Shown here: piece after piece, positions 31,084 to 42,347 of the stretch
Layout: every line of letters begins with the position of its first letter
How positions within the stretch are numbered: the first letter of the stretch is position 1
From: Candidatus Moraniibacteriota bacterium
Lineage (GTDB): Bacteria; Patescibacteriota; Minisyncoccia; Moranbacterales; DUUL01
Reading direction: 5' to 3'
NCBI GenBank assembly: GCA_041583775.1
Contig: JBFHFF010000001.1
Location: forward strand, 158,725 to 222,724
DNA length: 64,000 nt
Position numbers and translations under genes: made by a program
Notes under the pieces: generated by a model
The model's input: only the letters and a program-made list of their open reading frames with translations
Databases searched by the model: none
Told to the model about the DNA's origin: nothing

Positions 31084-32010
31084 CTAAACAAAAATTCCAA
31101 AAATTCCAAAAATTACCAACAGAACACCTGCTGTCTTGAAAAGAAGATCTTTTTTTTCAAAATTTTCTCCAAAAATATTACCAAATTTTTTCGATAAGAG
31201 CAGTGATAATATAAAAACTCCCAAATATTGTACTGATGCTAGAGCACTAACAATTGTTGGATCACCAATTGAAAGAGCAAAATTCATCATAAATGTTGCA
31301 ATTCCTGAAAGCGTTTTAACTCCAACAACAATCATAAAATTAGAAGCGTGTTCTTTGCCTTTTTTCTTTTTAAATGTCGCTAAAATATGATTTCGATAAG
31401 TTGGTAAACACATTAAAAACACAACCATAAGCACGGATCCCATTCTGGTGTAAATATATCCGTTAACAAAAATTTCCAAATCCGTTCCGCCTATTGCACC
31501 AAAAATATCAAAAGTATATTTTAACATTCCCAGGGAAATTCCCAATAAAAGACCTGCAATGATTACCTTTTTATATTCTGCAAATAATTTCTTTTCGTTT
31601 ATCTTAAAGGAAATTAAAAATCCTCCACCCAAAAGCAACACAACAGCAAAAAGTTTGCTCATTGTTAAACTATCACTCAAAAACATTTTTGAAAAAACAA
31701 ATGTTGTTATTGTTGCAACTGCACCAATTAAAACAAAAACTCTAGTTGCAGTTGAACCTTTAAGTGAAGAAAATAAAAACGCCAAATAACCAAAGAAAAT
31801 TGCACCAGTTCCTAAAGAAATTCCCACGACTTCCCATCCTGGCCAATACAATCCAAAGGGGGCAAACATCAAACTAGTGAACGACAACAACCCTATATAA
31901 AAAAGATATAGTCGCCAGCTTCCGACCTTCCCTGAAATCAAAAATTTGTTTGCAATTGACTCAACTGAGAGTAAAAAATAAGCACCAATTGCCAATAAAA
32001 CCCAATTCAT
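31084..32010 (-). CDS. 10-TM transporter, DMT/EamA-like
   Basis: 308 aa, with an internally duplicated 5+5 TM pattern. Confidence 0.4.
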   Translation of the reverse strand: MNWVLLAIGAYFLLSVESIANKFLISGKVGSWRLYLFYIGLLSFTSLMFAPFGLYWPGWEVVGISLGTGAIFFGYLAFLFSSLKGSTATRVFVLIGAVATITTFVFSKMFLSDSLTMSKLFAVVLLLGGGFLISFKINEKKLFAEYKKVIIAGLLLGISLGMLKYTFDIFGAIGGTDLEIFVNGYIYTRMGSVLMVVFLMCLPTYRNHILATFKKKKGKEHASNFMIVVGVKTLSGIATFMMNFALSIGDPTIVSALASVQYLGVFILSLLLSKKFGNIFGENFEKKDLLFKTAGVLLVIFGIFGIFV

Positions 32011-32015
32011 TTTTT

Positions 32016-33227
32016 CTATTTTTTAATATTATCTTCTCTTACACCTGATTCATTTTTATATTTAGCAATCATTTTTCTATATTCAAAATATGATTTGCGA
32101 GGAATTCTCTCCATCGTATCTTTGTCGATTTCACATAACCCAAATTTTTTCGAATAACCCAAAAGCCACTCAAAATTATCCAACAAAGACCAATAAAAAT
32201 AACCCCTTACATCAACACCTTGACTAATTGCATCCCGGACCGCTTCTGTGTGAACTTTGATATATTCAGTCCTTTTTTCATCATTTCCATCTGAAATTCC
32301 ATTTTCAAAAATATATACGGGCTTTTTAAATCTTTTCCAAGCAGACACTAATAATTCAAAAAGACCATTTGGATAAACACCCCAACCCATATCAGTTAGT
32401 TCTTTTTCAATATTTTTCATTTTAGTAAAAGGTGGAAACAAAGACACCTCCATTCCAAAATAATAATTGACGCCAATAAAATCTTGTTTTTTACCTATCT
32501 TATTTTGAAAATACCAATTGTATTTTTCTTGCATTTTCTTCGTGAAATTCCACAATGGTGATTTTGGATTAACATATTCAAAAATATTACAAAATTGCGT
32601 AATTCCAACTGGGATTTTTGATTGAATTTTTTTACAAACATCATAACAATCTCTATGTGCCTTAACCATATTCTTTCTAGCACTTAAAAAGGCTTTGGGA
32701 TTCTTCTTTCCAGGTGGAAAAGTTCCCAGAAGATAACCCTTATTAAGAACAATTCTTGGTTCATTTATAGTAATAAACAGATCAATTTCGTCGCCCAACT
32801 CTTCCATTATCTTCTGACAATAACTTGTAAAATGTTCCACTGCATTCTCACCAGACCAACCACCATCTTCCGCAAACCACATCGGAGAAGTCCAATGCCA
32901 AAGAGTAACAACTCTCTTAAGACCCCTCTTTTTCATATCCTGCAGAAGTTTTCGATAATGTTCAATTCCCAATTCTGAAAATTCTCCTTTTTTAGGTTCG
33001 ATTCTAAACCATTCTAAAGATATTCTAAAAGCATTACAGCCCAAGTCCTGTGCCAATTCATTATCCAAAGGATAACGATTCCAGCTATCACAAGCCCACC
33101 CAGAAGACTCACTAGTCTTGCCTTGCTGCTCCCAATTCCACCAATCATTCCCTTTGCTATTCCCCTCAACTTGATGCGATGCATATGCAACCCCCCAAAG
33201 AAAATCTTTTGGAAATTTCTTTTCCAT
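32016..33227 (-). CDS. GH1 beta-glucosidase
   Basis: N-terminal FPKDFLWGVAYASHQVEGN, acid/base TINEP and nucleophile YIFENGIS. Confidence 0.8.
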   Translation of the reverse strand: MEKKFPKDFLWGVAYASHQVEGNSKGNDWWNWEQQGKTSESSGWACDSWNRYPLDNELAQDLGCNAFRISLEWFRIEPKKGEFSELGIEHYRKLLQDMKKRGLKRVVTLWHWTSPMWFAEDGGWSGENAVEHFTSYCQKIMEELGDEIDLFITINEPRIVLNKGYLLGTFPPGKKNPKAFLSARKNMVKAHRDCYDVCKKIQSKIPVGITQFCNIFEYVNPKSPLWNFTKKMQEKYNWYFQNKIGKKQDFIGVNYYFGMEVSLFPPFTKMKNIEKELTDMGWGVYPNGLFELLVSAWKRFKKPVYIFENGISDGNDEKRTEYIKVHTEAVRDAISQGVDVRGYFYWSLLDNFEWLLGYSKKFGLCEIDKDTMERIPRKSYFEYRKMIAKYKNESGVREDNIKK

Positions 33228-33251
33228 TTGATGTTATTATTTTATAAAAAA

Positions 33252-33776
33252 TTATTCTATTGCTTCCAATAAACGCAATGCCCTTGCAAAAACTTCTGCT
33301 ATTCTTTTTGCCTCTTCTTTTGTGATTTCAAAATTCTCATCTTGAACAATCAAGTTTTTTACCTTATTAGCTTCAACAACATCTCTAATATTATCTAATT
33401 GATATGATTTTATTTGTTCCAATTTTTCACCCAAAAGATTCCCCTCATAACCAATGATTCCCAATACTTCATTTAACATACCTGAGAGCTCCAAGATAGC
33501 AGCCTTCCATTTATTTGGTTCATCACTTTCCAGTCTCTCAATGGATCTTTCCCAGCTTGCCTGCATACGACCCTTTGCACTTGGAAGCTCAGATCCAGAC
33601 ATAAGAACCTTCCAATAATTGGCTTTAACGAGACCATATAACATCAATCCAATTGTGACAACCATCAAAATTAGATAAAAAGCTAACATAAACTTAAAGC
33701 CACGAAAAAGATAAGACCTTTCCAAAAAGGCATTCCCTTGTTCAAGATATCTAATCAAACTTACATCAAAATTCAT
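33252..33776 (-). CDS. hypothetical membrane-associated protein
   Basis: 174 aa with one TM. No family recognised. Confidence 0.4.
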   Translation of the reverse strand: MNFDVSLIRYLEQGNAFLERSYLFRGFKFMLAFYLILMVVTIGLMLYGLVKANYWKVLMSGSELPSAKGRMQASWERSIERLESDEPNKWKAAILELSGMLNEVLGIIGYEGNLLGEKLEQIKSYQLDNIRDVVEANKVKNLIVQDENFEITKEEAKRIAEVFARALRLLEAIE

Positions 33777-33933
33777 TTTTCGTATTTAGGAAAAATCTTT
33801 TTATTCTTTGTATTTATATATTACACTAAAAGGCCACTATTTTCAATTTATCCAAAATAGAATTTCAAACCAAAAACACTAAAGTACATTATGGTATAAT
33901 TTATTTTAAAAAATAAAAGCTCTTTAAAAACAA

Positions 33934-35913
33934 CTACACTTTCAAAATCCTCTTTTTAAGCGTAGAAATCTCATCACGAATTACAGCTGCTCTTTCAAAT
34001 TCCATCTGTTTTGCAGCTTCTTTCATTTCTAAGGTTCTCATTTTAATATATTTTTTAATTTCTTTCGGAGACTCAAATCTCAATACTGGATCCTTAAACT
34101 TGTCCTGTTCACTGGCACCATTTTTGCTCATAATTGATTTGATTTCTTTTTGAATGGTTTTGGGAGTGATATCGTGTTTTTTATTAAATGCCTTCTGCTT
34201 TTTCCTTCTTCTTTTAGTTTCGTCTATAGCTTTTTTCATAGATTTTGTGATGGAATCAGCATACAAAATAACTTCTCCGTTCACATTCCTGGCAGCTCTT
34301 CCAATTGTTTGAATAAGTGAAGTTTCACTTCTTAGAAAACCTTCTTTGTCTGCATCTAAAATTGCAACAAGTGAAACTTCTGGCAAATCCAATCCTTCCC
34401 GTAGCAAATTCACTCCCACCAAAACATCGATCTTCCCAAGGCGCAGTTCTTCTAGAATTCTAATTCTATCTAAAGTATCCACACCACTGTGCAAATATTC
34501 AGATTTTAAGCCATCCTCTTCTTTTAGGTGTTCTGCTAGGTCTTCTGCCATTTTCTTGGTTAAAGTTGTGATCAAAACCCTCTCATTTTTCAAAGTTCGA
34601 GGTTTAATTTCAGTTACAACATCCCTAACTTGATTTTCACAAGGTCTGATTTCAATTTTAGGATCGATAAGACCTGTTGGCCTAACAATTTGCTCAACGA
34701 CTTTTCCTTTTGATTTATCCAATTCATACTGAGCTGGTGTTGCTGACATATAAACAACTTGCTTAACCTTTTTTTCAAATTCTTCAAATTTCAAGGGTCT
34801 ATTGTCAAAAGCACTTGGCAATCGGAAACCGAAATCAATCAAGTTTTTTTTTCGAGAAAAATCTCCACCATACATCGCCCTAAGCTGAGGAATTGTTACA
34901 TGGGATTCATCAATTATAGTCAAAAAATCTTTACCGAAATAATCCATTAATGTGTATGGTGATTCACCAGCTTTTCTGCCACTTAAATATAAAGAATAAT
35001 TTTCAATTCCGCTACAATATCCTATTTCCTCAATCATCTCTGTGTCAAAATTTGTCCTTCTTCTAATTCTCTCTGCCTCGATAATTTTGCCTTTCTCTTC
35101 AAAAAATTTAACTCTCTCCTCCATTTCTTGTTTTATCTCTGATACTGATTTTTTCATTACAGAATCTGGTGCCACAAAATGCTTTGCTGGAAAAACAAAT
35201 ACTGTTTTCATATCCCTATCAAAAACCTCTCCAGTCAAATTATCATATTCGTACATCCTTATAATTTTTCCATTCTGAAGTTCAACGCGAATCACAACTT
35301 CCTTATCTGGTCTCATAATTTCAAAAGTTTCACCGTGCAATCGAAACTTTCCTCTAAGCAGAACATCACTCCTTAAATATTGTAGTTCTATTAATTTTTT
35401 CAAGATTTCTTTTCTATCGATTTTTTGTTTCTTATTTAGCGTCAGAATTTTTTGTTCATAAAACTCTGGTGAGCCCAAACCATATATACATGAAACACTG
35501 GCGACAACAATCACATCTTTTCGAGAGATGAGTGAGGCAGTTGCAGAATGTCTAAGTTTATCAATTTCCTCATTAATTTCTAGATCTTTTTCAATAAAAA
35601 CATCTTGTGCTGGCATATAGGCTTCTGGTTGATAATAGTCATAATAAGAAACGAAATATTCAACCGCATTATTAGGAAAAAATTGACGAAATTCACTTAC
35701 AAGTTGCGCTGCGAGTGTTTTGTTGTGAGCAATGACAAGTGTTGGTTTTTGAACTTTCTCAATAACATTTGCGATTGTAAAAGTCTTACCTGATCCAGTT
35801 ACACCAACAAGTGTTTGATTTTTTTTTCCATCCTTAAAACCAGCTGATATTTTTTCAATCGCCACTGGTTGATCTCCTGCTGGTTTATATTTGGAAATTA
35901 GTTTAAATTTCAT
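33934..35913 (-). CDS. uvrB: excinuclease ABC subunit B
   Basis: [17 protein letters not shown] Walker A, helicase motifs and C-terminal UVR domain [12 protein letters not shown]. Confidence 0.92.
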   Translation of the reverse strand: MKFKLISKYKPAGDQPVAIEKISAGFKDGKKNQTLVGVTGSGKTFTIANVIEKVQKPTLVIAHNKTLAAQLVSEFRQFFPNNAVEYFVSYYDYYQPEAYMPAQDVFIEKDLEINEEIDKLRHSATASLISRKDVIVVASVSCIYGLGSPEFYEQKILTLNKKQKIDRKEILKKLIELQYLRSDVLLRGKFRLHGETFEIMRPDKEVVIRVELQNGKIIRMYEYDNLTGEVFDRDMKTVFVFPAKHFVAPDSVMKKSVSEIKQEMEERVKFFEEKGKIIEAERIRRRTNFDTEMIEEIGYCSGIENYSLYLSGRKAGESPYTLMDYFGKDFLTIIDESHVTIPQLRAMYGGDFSRKKNLIDFGFRLPSAFDNRPLKFEEFEKKVKQVVYMSATPAQYELDKSKGKVVEQIVRPTGLIDPKIEIRPCENQVRDVVTEIKPRTLKNERVLITTLTKKMAEDLAEHLKEEDGLKSEYLHSGVDTLDRIRILEELRLGKIDVLVGVNLLREGLDLPEVSLVAILDADKEGFLRSETSLIQTIGRAARNVNGEVILYADSITKSMKKAIDETKRRRKKQKAFNKKHDITPKTIQKEIKSIMSKNGASEQDKFKDPVLRFESPKEIKKYIKMRTLEMKEAAKQMEFERAAVIRDEISTLKKRILKV

Positions 35914-35961
35914 TGATTTATAAGATTTTTCGTCCCCTTACTGTAATATGAAAAGTGATTT

Positions 35962-35975
35962 AAGTCAATTGACTT
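35962..35975. promoter_or_regulatory. perfect 14-bp palindrome AAGTCAATTGACTT in the uvrB upstream region (candidate operator)
   Basis: Read directly from the sequence, about 50 nt upstream of the uvrB start. Confidence 0.25.
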
Positions 35976-36065
35976 TTTAGGTTCTTTTTGCTAAAGTTTA
36001 GATTGTTAAGAGTTGTGTTATCTCGCAAGGACGAGCTTATAAAAAACTACTTAGAAACGGAATAA

Positions 36066-36419
36066 ATGCCTTTTTTAAAAAAGATTTCTTTTCTCATTAT
36101 TAGTAACGCCATAGCAATTTATGTTGCGGCTTGGCTTATTTCTGGAATTACTTTTGAAGTTTCTTTTTTAAACCTACTAAAGGCTGGTGCTTTGTTAGGG
36201 CTTGTAAATTCCCTTATCAAACCAGTTTTAAAACTTTTATCACTTCCCTTGATTCTCTTCTCTTTAGGAACTTTTATTGTTTTTATCAATATTGGTTTAC
36301 TATATTTTGTTGCCAGCGCTTTTGATTTTTTCACAATCAATGGATTCTGGTCCGCATTATGGGGAGTCTTCATTATAAGTTTAGTAAATTTTTTTATCAC
36401 AAACTTAATAGAAGAATAA
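36066..36419 (+). CDS. YvlD/DUF360 (phage-holin-4-like) membrane protein
   Basis: 117 aa with 3-4 TM. The pattern ISNAIAIYVAAWLISGITFE matches the DUF360 family. Confidence 0.5.
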   Translation: MPFLKKISFLIISNAIAIYVAAWLISGITFEVSFLNLLKAGALLGLVNSLIKPVLKLLSLPLILFSLGTFIVFINIGLLYFVASAFDFFTINGFWSALWGVFIISLVNFFITNLIEE

Positions 36420-36445
36420 ACAAACCTAAAAAATATTTAAATTAG

Positions 36446-36673
36446 ATGAAAGATTTTCTCACATATGCTCAGCTTATAATTTCAGTTCTTCTTGTAATTT
36501 CAGTTCTTTTGCAAAATCGTGGTTCTGGTCTATCCGCGGCATTTGGTGGCGACTTTAGTGGTTTTCACACCAAAAGAGGAATTGAGAAATTTCTTTTCAT
36601 TTCTTCAAGCATTCTTGGGGGATTATTTATTATCAATGCGCTTGCAACAATAATTATTTCTGCAAAAGGTTAA
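36446..36673 (+). CDS. secG: preprotein translocase subunit SecG
   Basis: 75 aa with two TM flanking LLQNRGSGLSAAFGG, the SecG signature loop. Confidence 0.65.
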   Translation: MKDFLTYAQLIISVLLVISVLLQNRGSGLSAAFGGDFSGFHTKRGIEKFLFISSSILGGLFIINALATIIISAKG

Positions 36674-36766
36674 TTATTATCTTTAACTTACTTTATTTAT
36701 AAAGGGACTTTTGAATAAATAGTTCGAACAACATTCAATATGTCTTTAATGGATTAACAAATACTA

Positions 36767-38479
36767 ATGTCGAAGCAGTTAAGATTTTCTTTCCCAAATC
36801 AACTTAAAAACTTTGGTGCCGTTCTCTCTAAAAAAGAAAGGGTGTTCCTTTATTTAGCAGTTTTTATTCTCATATTTTCACTTTTAGCTTGGGCTATAAA
36901 ATTCTACATTTCTTCGACACAGGAAGTTCCTACTATAGGAGGTGAATATACTGAAGGTGTGATCGGACAACCTAGTTACATCAACCCCATCCTAGCTCCT
37001 ACAAATGAAACAGACTTGGCTATTTCAAGATTAATTTTCTCATCATTGATGACTTATGACACAAAAGGCGCATTAAAAAATGATATCACTGAAAATTATC
37101 GCATTGAAGATGATGGTAAAAAATATATTTTCAATATAAAAAAAGGCGTGAAATGGCATGACGATACTGAACTTACTGCTAATGACATTGCATTTACAAT
37201 TGAAATCATCAAAAACAAACTCTTCAATGCTCCATTAACTTTGCGTGCTGATTGGCAAGACATCACGGTAAATGTTGAAAATGATTACACTATTTCATTT
37301 TCTCTAACAGAACCCAATATCACTTTTTTAAACAAAACAACCTTTGGCATTTTACCGCAACATATCTTCAAGAACATAACCAGCGACAAGTTTCGTTTAA
37401 GCGAATTCAATCTAAAACCAGTAGGTTCTGGTCCTTTTGTTTTTTCCAATTACGAACAAGATAACGAGGGAAATATAATCTCATATCAACTTCTAGCAAA
37501 TTCAAATTATCATGCTAAAAGACCTTATCTTGAAAAAATTAATTTTGACTTCTACAGTGATAAAGAAAGTTTATACGAAGCATACAAAAAAAAGGAAATT
37601 AATGGCTTAACGGCTTTGCCATATGAAGAAATAAGTACTTTCTCTGAACGAAGCGATACAACACTTCATATCTTGAAAACTTCACAATATTTTGCAACCT
37701 ATTTTAATCAAACAAAATCAGTACCATTAGCAGATGTTGAGGTTCGCAAAGCTCTAATTTATGGCACAAACAGACAGGAGATCATTGATGGCTTTTTCTT
37801 AGGAAATGCCTCTCCTGTATTTTCACCTATTATCCCAGATTTTGGTGACTTCTCAACAACTCAAACAGAAACCTATGCATTTGATCAATTAAAAGCAGAG
37901 GAAACCTTAGAAAATGCTGGTTGGTTAAAACAAGATGATGGCACTAGAAAAAAGGGAGATGAGATATTAAAAATAATCTTATCTGTTTATGGAGACTATC
38001 CTTCTTATGCAAAAATAGCTGAGTCACTCAAATCTCAGTGGGAAAAAATTGGAGTTCAAACAGAACTTTCTTTTCTAGAGGAATTAGCCTTTCAAAATGC
38101 GATCGAACCTAGAGAATATGAATCCGTTTTATACGGACAACCATACATTGGTAATGACCCTGACCCCTTCTTTTTCTGGCATTCTTCCAGAAAAAAACAT
38201 CCCGGACAGAACTTTGCTTTATACGAAAATGAAGAAGTTGATGATATTTTAGCTGATGCAAGGGGCAACATTTCTCTCGAGGAAAGACAAGCTAAATATG
38301 CAGAATTTGAAGAAAAACTATTAAAAGATGCTCCCGCACTATTTATTTGTAGCCCACAATTTGTATACATTACAAATTCAAAAATAAAAGGCGATGAAAC
38401 ATCTGCAATAGTAAACCTTTCTTATAGATTTTCTGATATCACAAATTGGTATATCAAAACTGTCAGGGAAAGAAAATAG
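36767..38479 (+). CDS. ABC-transporter substrate-binding protein, family 5 (Opp/Dpp-like), membrane-anchored
   Basis: N-terminal TM followed by the SBP_bac_5 pattern (GGEYTEGVIGQPSYINP...). No permease or ATPase genes are adjacent. Confidence 0.65.
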   Translation: MSKQLRFSFPNQLKNFGAVLSKKERVFLYLAVFILIFSLLAWAIKFYISSTQEVPTIGGEYTEGVIGQPSYINPILAPTNETDLAISRLIFSSLMTYDTKGALKNDITENYRIEDDGKKYIFNIKKGVKWHDDTELTANDIAFTIEIIKNKLFNAPLTLRADWQDITVNVENDYTISFSLTEPNITFLNKTTFGILPQHIFKNITSDKFRLSEFNLKPVGSGPFVFSNYEQDNEGNIISYQLLANSNYHAKRPYLEKINFDFYSDKESLYEAYKKKEINGLTALPYEEISTFSERSDTTLHILKTSQYFATYFNQTKSVPLADVEVRKALIYGTNRQEIIDGFFLGNASPVFSPIIPDFGDFSTTQTETYAFDQLKAEETLENAGWLKQDDGTRKKGDEILKIILSVYGDYPSYAKIAESLKSQWEKIGVQTELSFLEELAFQNAIEPREYESVLYGQPYIGNDPDPFFFWHSSRKKHPGQNFALYENEEVDDILADARGNISLEERQAKYAEFEEKLLKDAPALFICSPQFVYITNSKIKGDETSAIVNLSYRFSDITNWYIKTVRERK

Positions 38480-38492
38480 TTCAATAAGCTTT

Positions 38493-39536
38493 TTGCTAAA
38501 ATTTTTAAAATATAAAAAATTAAATCATACTAAAATGCAAAATGAAATTTTGGATAAGTACAATATGCGTCAATTGATTATTGACTATCCAAATCAAATG
38601 GATATGGGGAAAAAATTTGTAGAAAAAGTTGATCTAGAAAAATTACCCAAAAAATATTCTAATTTAATCATCTGTGGAATGGGTGGCTCTGGCCATCCAG
38701 GAGAACTTTTGGATGAATTCTTGAACTCAGAAAACAAAAGATTTTCTTTACCTATAAAGGTACAAAGGAGTTACAGTCTTCCTAAGCTTGCAAATAAAAA
38801 TTCCTTGATTTTCATTTCTTCTTACTCTGGGAACACTGAAGAAACTATTTCCTGTTTTGAGGAAGCCTTAAAACTTGGTGCTACAATAGTCTCTTTTGCT
38901 GCCGGAGGAAAAGTGGAAGAAATTTCAAAGAAAAATTCAGTCCCTTTTGTTAAATATGTCATGAATTTTGAAGGATTTCAACCTCGCTATGCACTCACTT
39001 ACGCACTGGTAGCAATGAATGAGGTATTGACAAAATTAAAACTATCTGATACAATAGAAAATCTTCCCAAACTAAATAGTAGGGATCTTGAAATTTCAGG
39101 AGAAGAATTGTCAAAAAAACTAAAGGGTAAGACCCCTATTGTTTATTCTTCGGATAATTTTAAAATTGGAGCAAAAATGCTCAAAATTAAAATTAACGAA
39201 AATTCAAAGACTCCCGCTTTTTGGAATTATTTCCCTGAGCTCAGTCATAATGAAATGGTCGGATTTACAAATCCACAAGCAAATTTTTATGTTTTGATGT
39301 TCGAAGATGAAAACGATCATCCCCAAATCAAAAAAAGGTTTGCTATTACGAAAAAATTATACGAACAAAAAGGCTTAGAAGTAGAAATACTTAGAATCAA
39401 TGGGAAATCATACCTTGAAAAAATACTAAATATCTTCATTTTAGGCGACTGGATTTCTTATTATCTTGCCTACGAATATGGACAAGACCCAACACCTGTT
39501 GATATGGTGGAGGATTTAAAGAAAATGTTAGAATAG
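38493..39536 (+). CDS. SIS-domain bifunctional phosphoglucose/phosphomannose isomerase-like protein
   Basis: LIICGMGGSGHPG and IFISSYSGNTEETI SIS motifs; 347 aa. Confidence 0.5.
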   Translation: MLKFLKYKKLNHTKMQNEILDKYNMRQLIIDYPNQMDMGKKFVEKVDLEKLPKKYSNLIICGMGGSGHPGELLDEFLNSENKRFSLPIKVQRSYSLPKLANKNSLIFISSYSGNTEETISCFEEALKLGATIVSFAAGGKVEEISKKNSVPFVKYVMNFEGFQPRYALTYALVAMNEVLTKLKLSDTIENLPKLNSRDLEISGEELSKKLKGKTPIVYSSDNFKIGAKMLKIKINENSKTPAFWNYFPELSHNEMVGFTNPQANFYVLMFEDENDHPQIKKRFAITKKLYEQKGLEVEILRINGKSYLEKILNIFILGDWISYYLAYEYGQDPTPVDMVEDLKKMLE

Positions 39537-39889
39537 AAAAATTTATTTTATAGATTTTGAGTAGCAAATTGTATCTTACAATACAGTTTGTCTCTCAAAG
39601 TTTTACAAAAAACAAAGGTTTGTGACAACACGCTAAAACAAGAGCAAAAGTCATATAAAGAACTTTTTTGTATTCAATTTGTCGAAATTGAACTTTTTCC
39701 GTAAATCTTTCGAAAATTTTTGAATGTTACTTATGTATGTTCAAAAAAATAAAACTTTAATATAGTTTTAAATTCTCAAAAAGAGAATGTATTGTGTTGT
39801 TTTCAACTTCACAAAATACACACTGACTGTGAATTGTCTTGCTGTGTAATTAAAATCATAATTCACAACTTATTTATAATTAGTACAAA

Positions 39890-41710
39890 ATGAACACTAG
39901 AAAAACAACTGGGGCGAAGGATTCTTCCTCTCCTCATGTTAACAACAAAAAAAGGCCTATGCATGGGCACAGAAGACCAATGAGGTCAACAAATGCTCCA
40001 GAGAAAATGTCTCCTACAATTAGTAACAGACATCCAAACTCAAAAAAACACCTTAGAATCATTCCTGTAGGTGGATTTGATGAAATCGGTAGAAATATGA
40101 CGATATTTGAATATGGAAACGATATCATCATCGTAGATATGGGACTTATGTTTCCCGAAGAAGATATGATGGGAATCGACTATATCATTCCTAATATCGA
40201 ATATCTAAAAAAGAATCAGAAAAAAATACGAGGTGTAATTATCACTCATGGTCATTTTGATCATATTGGTGCAATTCCACACATTATGCCAGAAATTGGA
40301 AATCCTCCAATTTATACCGCTGAACTAACAAAAGCGATGATTCTCAAAAGACAAGAGGATTACAAGCAACACGCTCCACTAAATGTAAAGACTGTTAGAA
40401 AAATTGACAGACTCGTACTTGGTGAATTTAGAGTTGAATTTTTTCATGTAAACCACTCTATTCCAGATGCAATCGGACTTGCAATACACACGCCTTGTGG
40501 AACAGCGATTCACACAGGAGACTTTAAATTTGACCATTCTCCAGCTAATGATGCACCTGCTGATATTGCAAAAATTGCAAGATTAGGATCCGAAGGAGTT
40601 TTAGCACTCTTCTCTGATAGCACTGACTCCACTAAAGAGGGTTACAGTGTTTCAGAATCTGTTATTAAGAAAGGAATTGAGGAAATTTTCGAAAAAGCCA
40701 AGGGTCGTGTTATTATTGCAACTTTTTCATCACTAGTTAGCCGTATTCAGCAAGTTGCTGAAGTTACAGAACAGTTTGGGAGAAAACTTGCAGTTGATGG
40801 TTATTCTATGAAAAATAATGTTGCGATTGCAAAAGAACTCGGTTATATAAACGCAAAAGATTCGACCTTTATTGATATCAAGCAAGTCAAAAATTATCCT
40901 GACAACAAAGTCACTATTATGTGCACAGGGGCTCAAGGTGAAGGAAATGCCGTTTTAATGAGAATTATCAACGGAGAACATCGCTTTATAAGAATACAAA
41001 AAGGAGACACCGTTGTATTTTCTTCTTCTGTCATTCCTGGAAATGAAAGAACTATCCAAGGAATGAAAGATACTCTATATAAGAAGGGGGCTGAGGTAAT
41101 GCATTATAAAATGATGGACATCCATTCTGGAGGACACGGAGCACAGGAAGACCTAAAAATGATGATAAACTTGGTAAGGCCAAAATACCTTGTACCCGCA
41201 CATGGAACTTATTATATGAGGAAAATACACGGTGAATTGGGAAAAACAATGCGTATGGCTGATGATAAAATTATTTTAGGAGAAAATGGTCTCGTGCTTG
41301 AGTTTGACGAAAATGGAAATCGAGTTCCTACACAAGAAAAAATTCCAAGTTCTTATGTTATGGTTGATGGACTGGGAGTTGGTGATGTTGGAAATGTGGT
41401 CCTTCGTGATCGACAACTATTAGCTGAAGATGGGATGTTTATGATTGTAACAATTATTGAAAAGAAAACCGGTGAAGTTATCGGGGAACCACAAGTAACA
41501 TCAAGGGGATTTATCTATGTTAAAGAAAATTTTGATCTTGTGAATGCCACAAAGAAAAGAGTAAAGACCATTATTGATAAGTCAACTTCAAAAGAAGGAT
41601 CTCCAAATTGGGACTATATCAAAAACAGTATTCGTGATGATTTAGGACAATTCTTGTTCCAAAAAACACAACGAAGGCCAATGATACTTCCAGTTATTAT
41701 TGAAGTTTAG
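39890..41710 (+). CDS. rnj: ribonuclease J
   Basis: Metallo-beta-lactamase HGHFDHIG, beta-CASP and HSGGHGAQEDL motifs, plus a C-terminal domain. Basic N-terminal extension. Confidence 0.85.
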   Translation: MNTRKTTGAKDSSSPHVNNKKRPMHGHRRPMRSTNAPEKMSPTISNRHPNSKKHLRIIPVGGFDEIGRNMTIFEYGNDIIIVDMGLMFPEEDMMGIDYIIPNIEYLKKNQKKIRGVIITHGHFDHIGAIPHIMPEIGNPPIYTAELTKAMILKRQEDYKQHAPLNVKTVRKIDRLVLGEFRVEFFHVNHSIPDAIGLAIHTPCGTAIHTGDFKFDHSPANDAPADIAKIARLGSEGVLALFSDSTDSTKEGYSVSESVIKKGIEEIFEKAKGRVIIATFSSLVSRIQQVAEVTEQFGRKLAVDGYSMKNNVAIAKELGYINAKDSTFIDIKQVKNYPDNKVTIMCTGAQGEGNAVLMRIINGEHRFIRIQKGDTVVFSSSVIPGNERTIQGMKDTLYKKGAEVMHYKMMDIHSGGHGAQEDLKMMINLVRPKYLVPAHGTYYMRKIHGELGKTMRMADDKIILGENGLVLEFDENGNRVPTQEKIPSSYVMVDGLGVGDVGNVVLRDRQLLAEDGMFMIVTIIEKKTGEVIGEPQVTSRGFIYVKENFDLVNATKKRVKTIIDKSTSKEGSPNWDYIKNSIRDDLGQFLFQKTQRRPMILPVIIEV

Positions 41711-41729
41711 TTTCAATTTCTACAAACAA

Positions 41730-41763
41730 AAAACACCAATTTAAAAGAGTTGGTGTTTTTTTG
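41730..41763 (+). terminator. intrinsic terminator after rnj
   Basis: acaccaa/ttggtgt stem followed by T7. Confidence 0.6.
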
Positions 41764-42211
41764 ACAATTCTAATTTTTTTATATTTAACCTTATAAATAA
41801 TCCTTCAAATAACCATTCCCAGATTAACACAACAGAAAACATACACTGCTTGCGAAAAATTATTGTGCATAAAAAATTTTCTTTTTTGCCCACCTTAATA
41901 ACTTTTTTTATTGACACGCCATTAAATTTCCAACTTTAATTCCTTGCCCTTTTTCATTCCCTAAAATAATCGCTTTCGATAAACCAAAAAGTCTATTGAC
42001 AAGCTATTTTAGAGTGATAACATAACAATGAACTAGGAAAACATAAGGCGCTTCTCTTCTTTAGATGCTTGCTTTCTATAAAATAAAAAGCATAAGTCAA
42101 ATTGGGCGTACGATGTTTCTCCTAGTTCTTTTTCTAAGCTAAAAACGAAAATGCCCTTTTGGGCTTTTTTTATTACAAATCAACAAAACTGTCTAATAAT
42201 ACCTTTACAAC

Positions 42212-42243
42212 CTGATTTAAAAAACACCCTCTTATGGGGTGTT
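42212..42243 (-). terminator. intrinsic terminator at the end of the tRNA operon
   Basis: acaccc/gggtgt stem with a U-run on the minus strand. Confidence 0.5.
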
Positions 42244-42249
42244 TTTTGT

Positions 42250-42325
<76 letters not shown>

Positions 42326-42347
42326 AAATATTAATTCTGAATTCCAG

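Noticed and set aside
33888-33898. Extended -10 like TGGTATAAT on the plus strand downstream of uvrB
   Set aside because: There is no plus-strand gene or structured element downstream. Isolated -10-like hexamers are frequent in AT-rich DNA.
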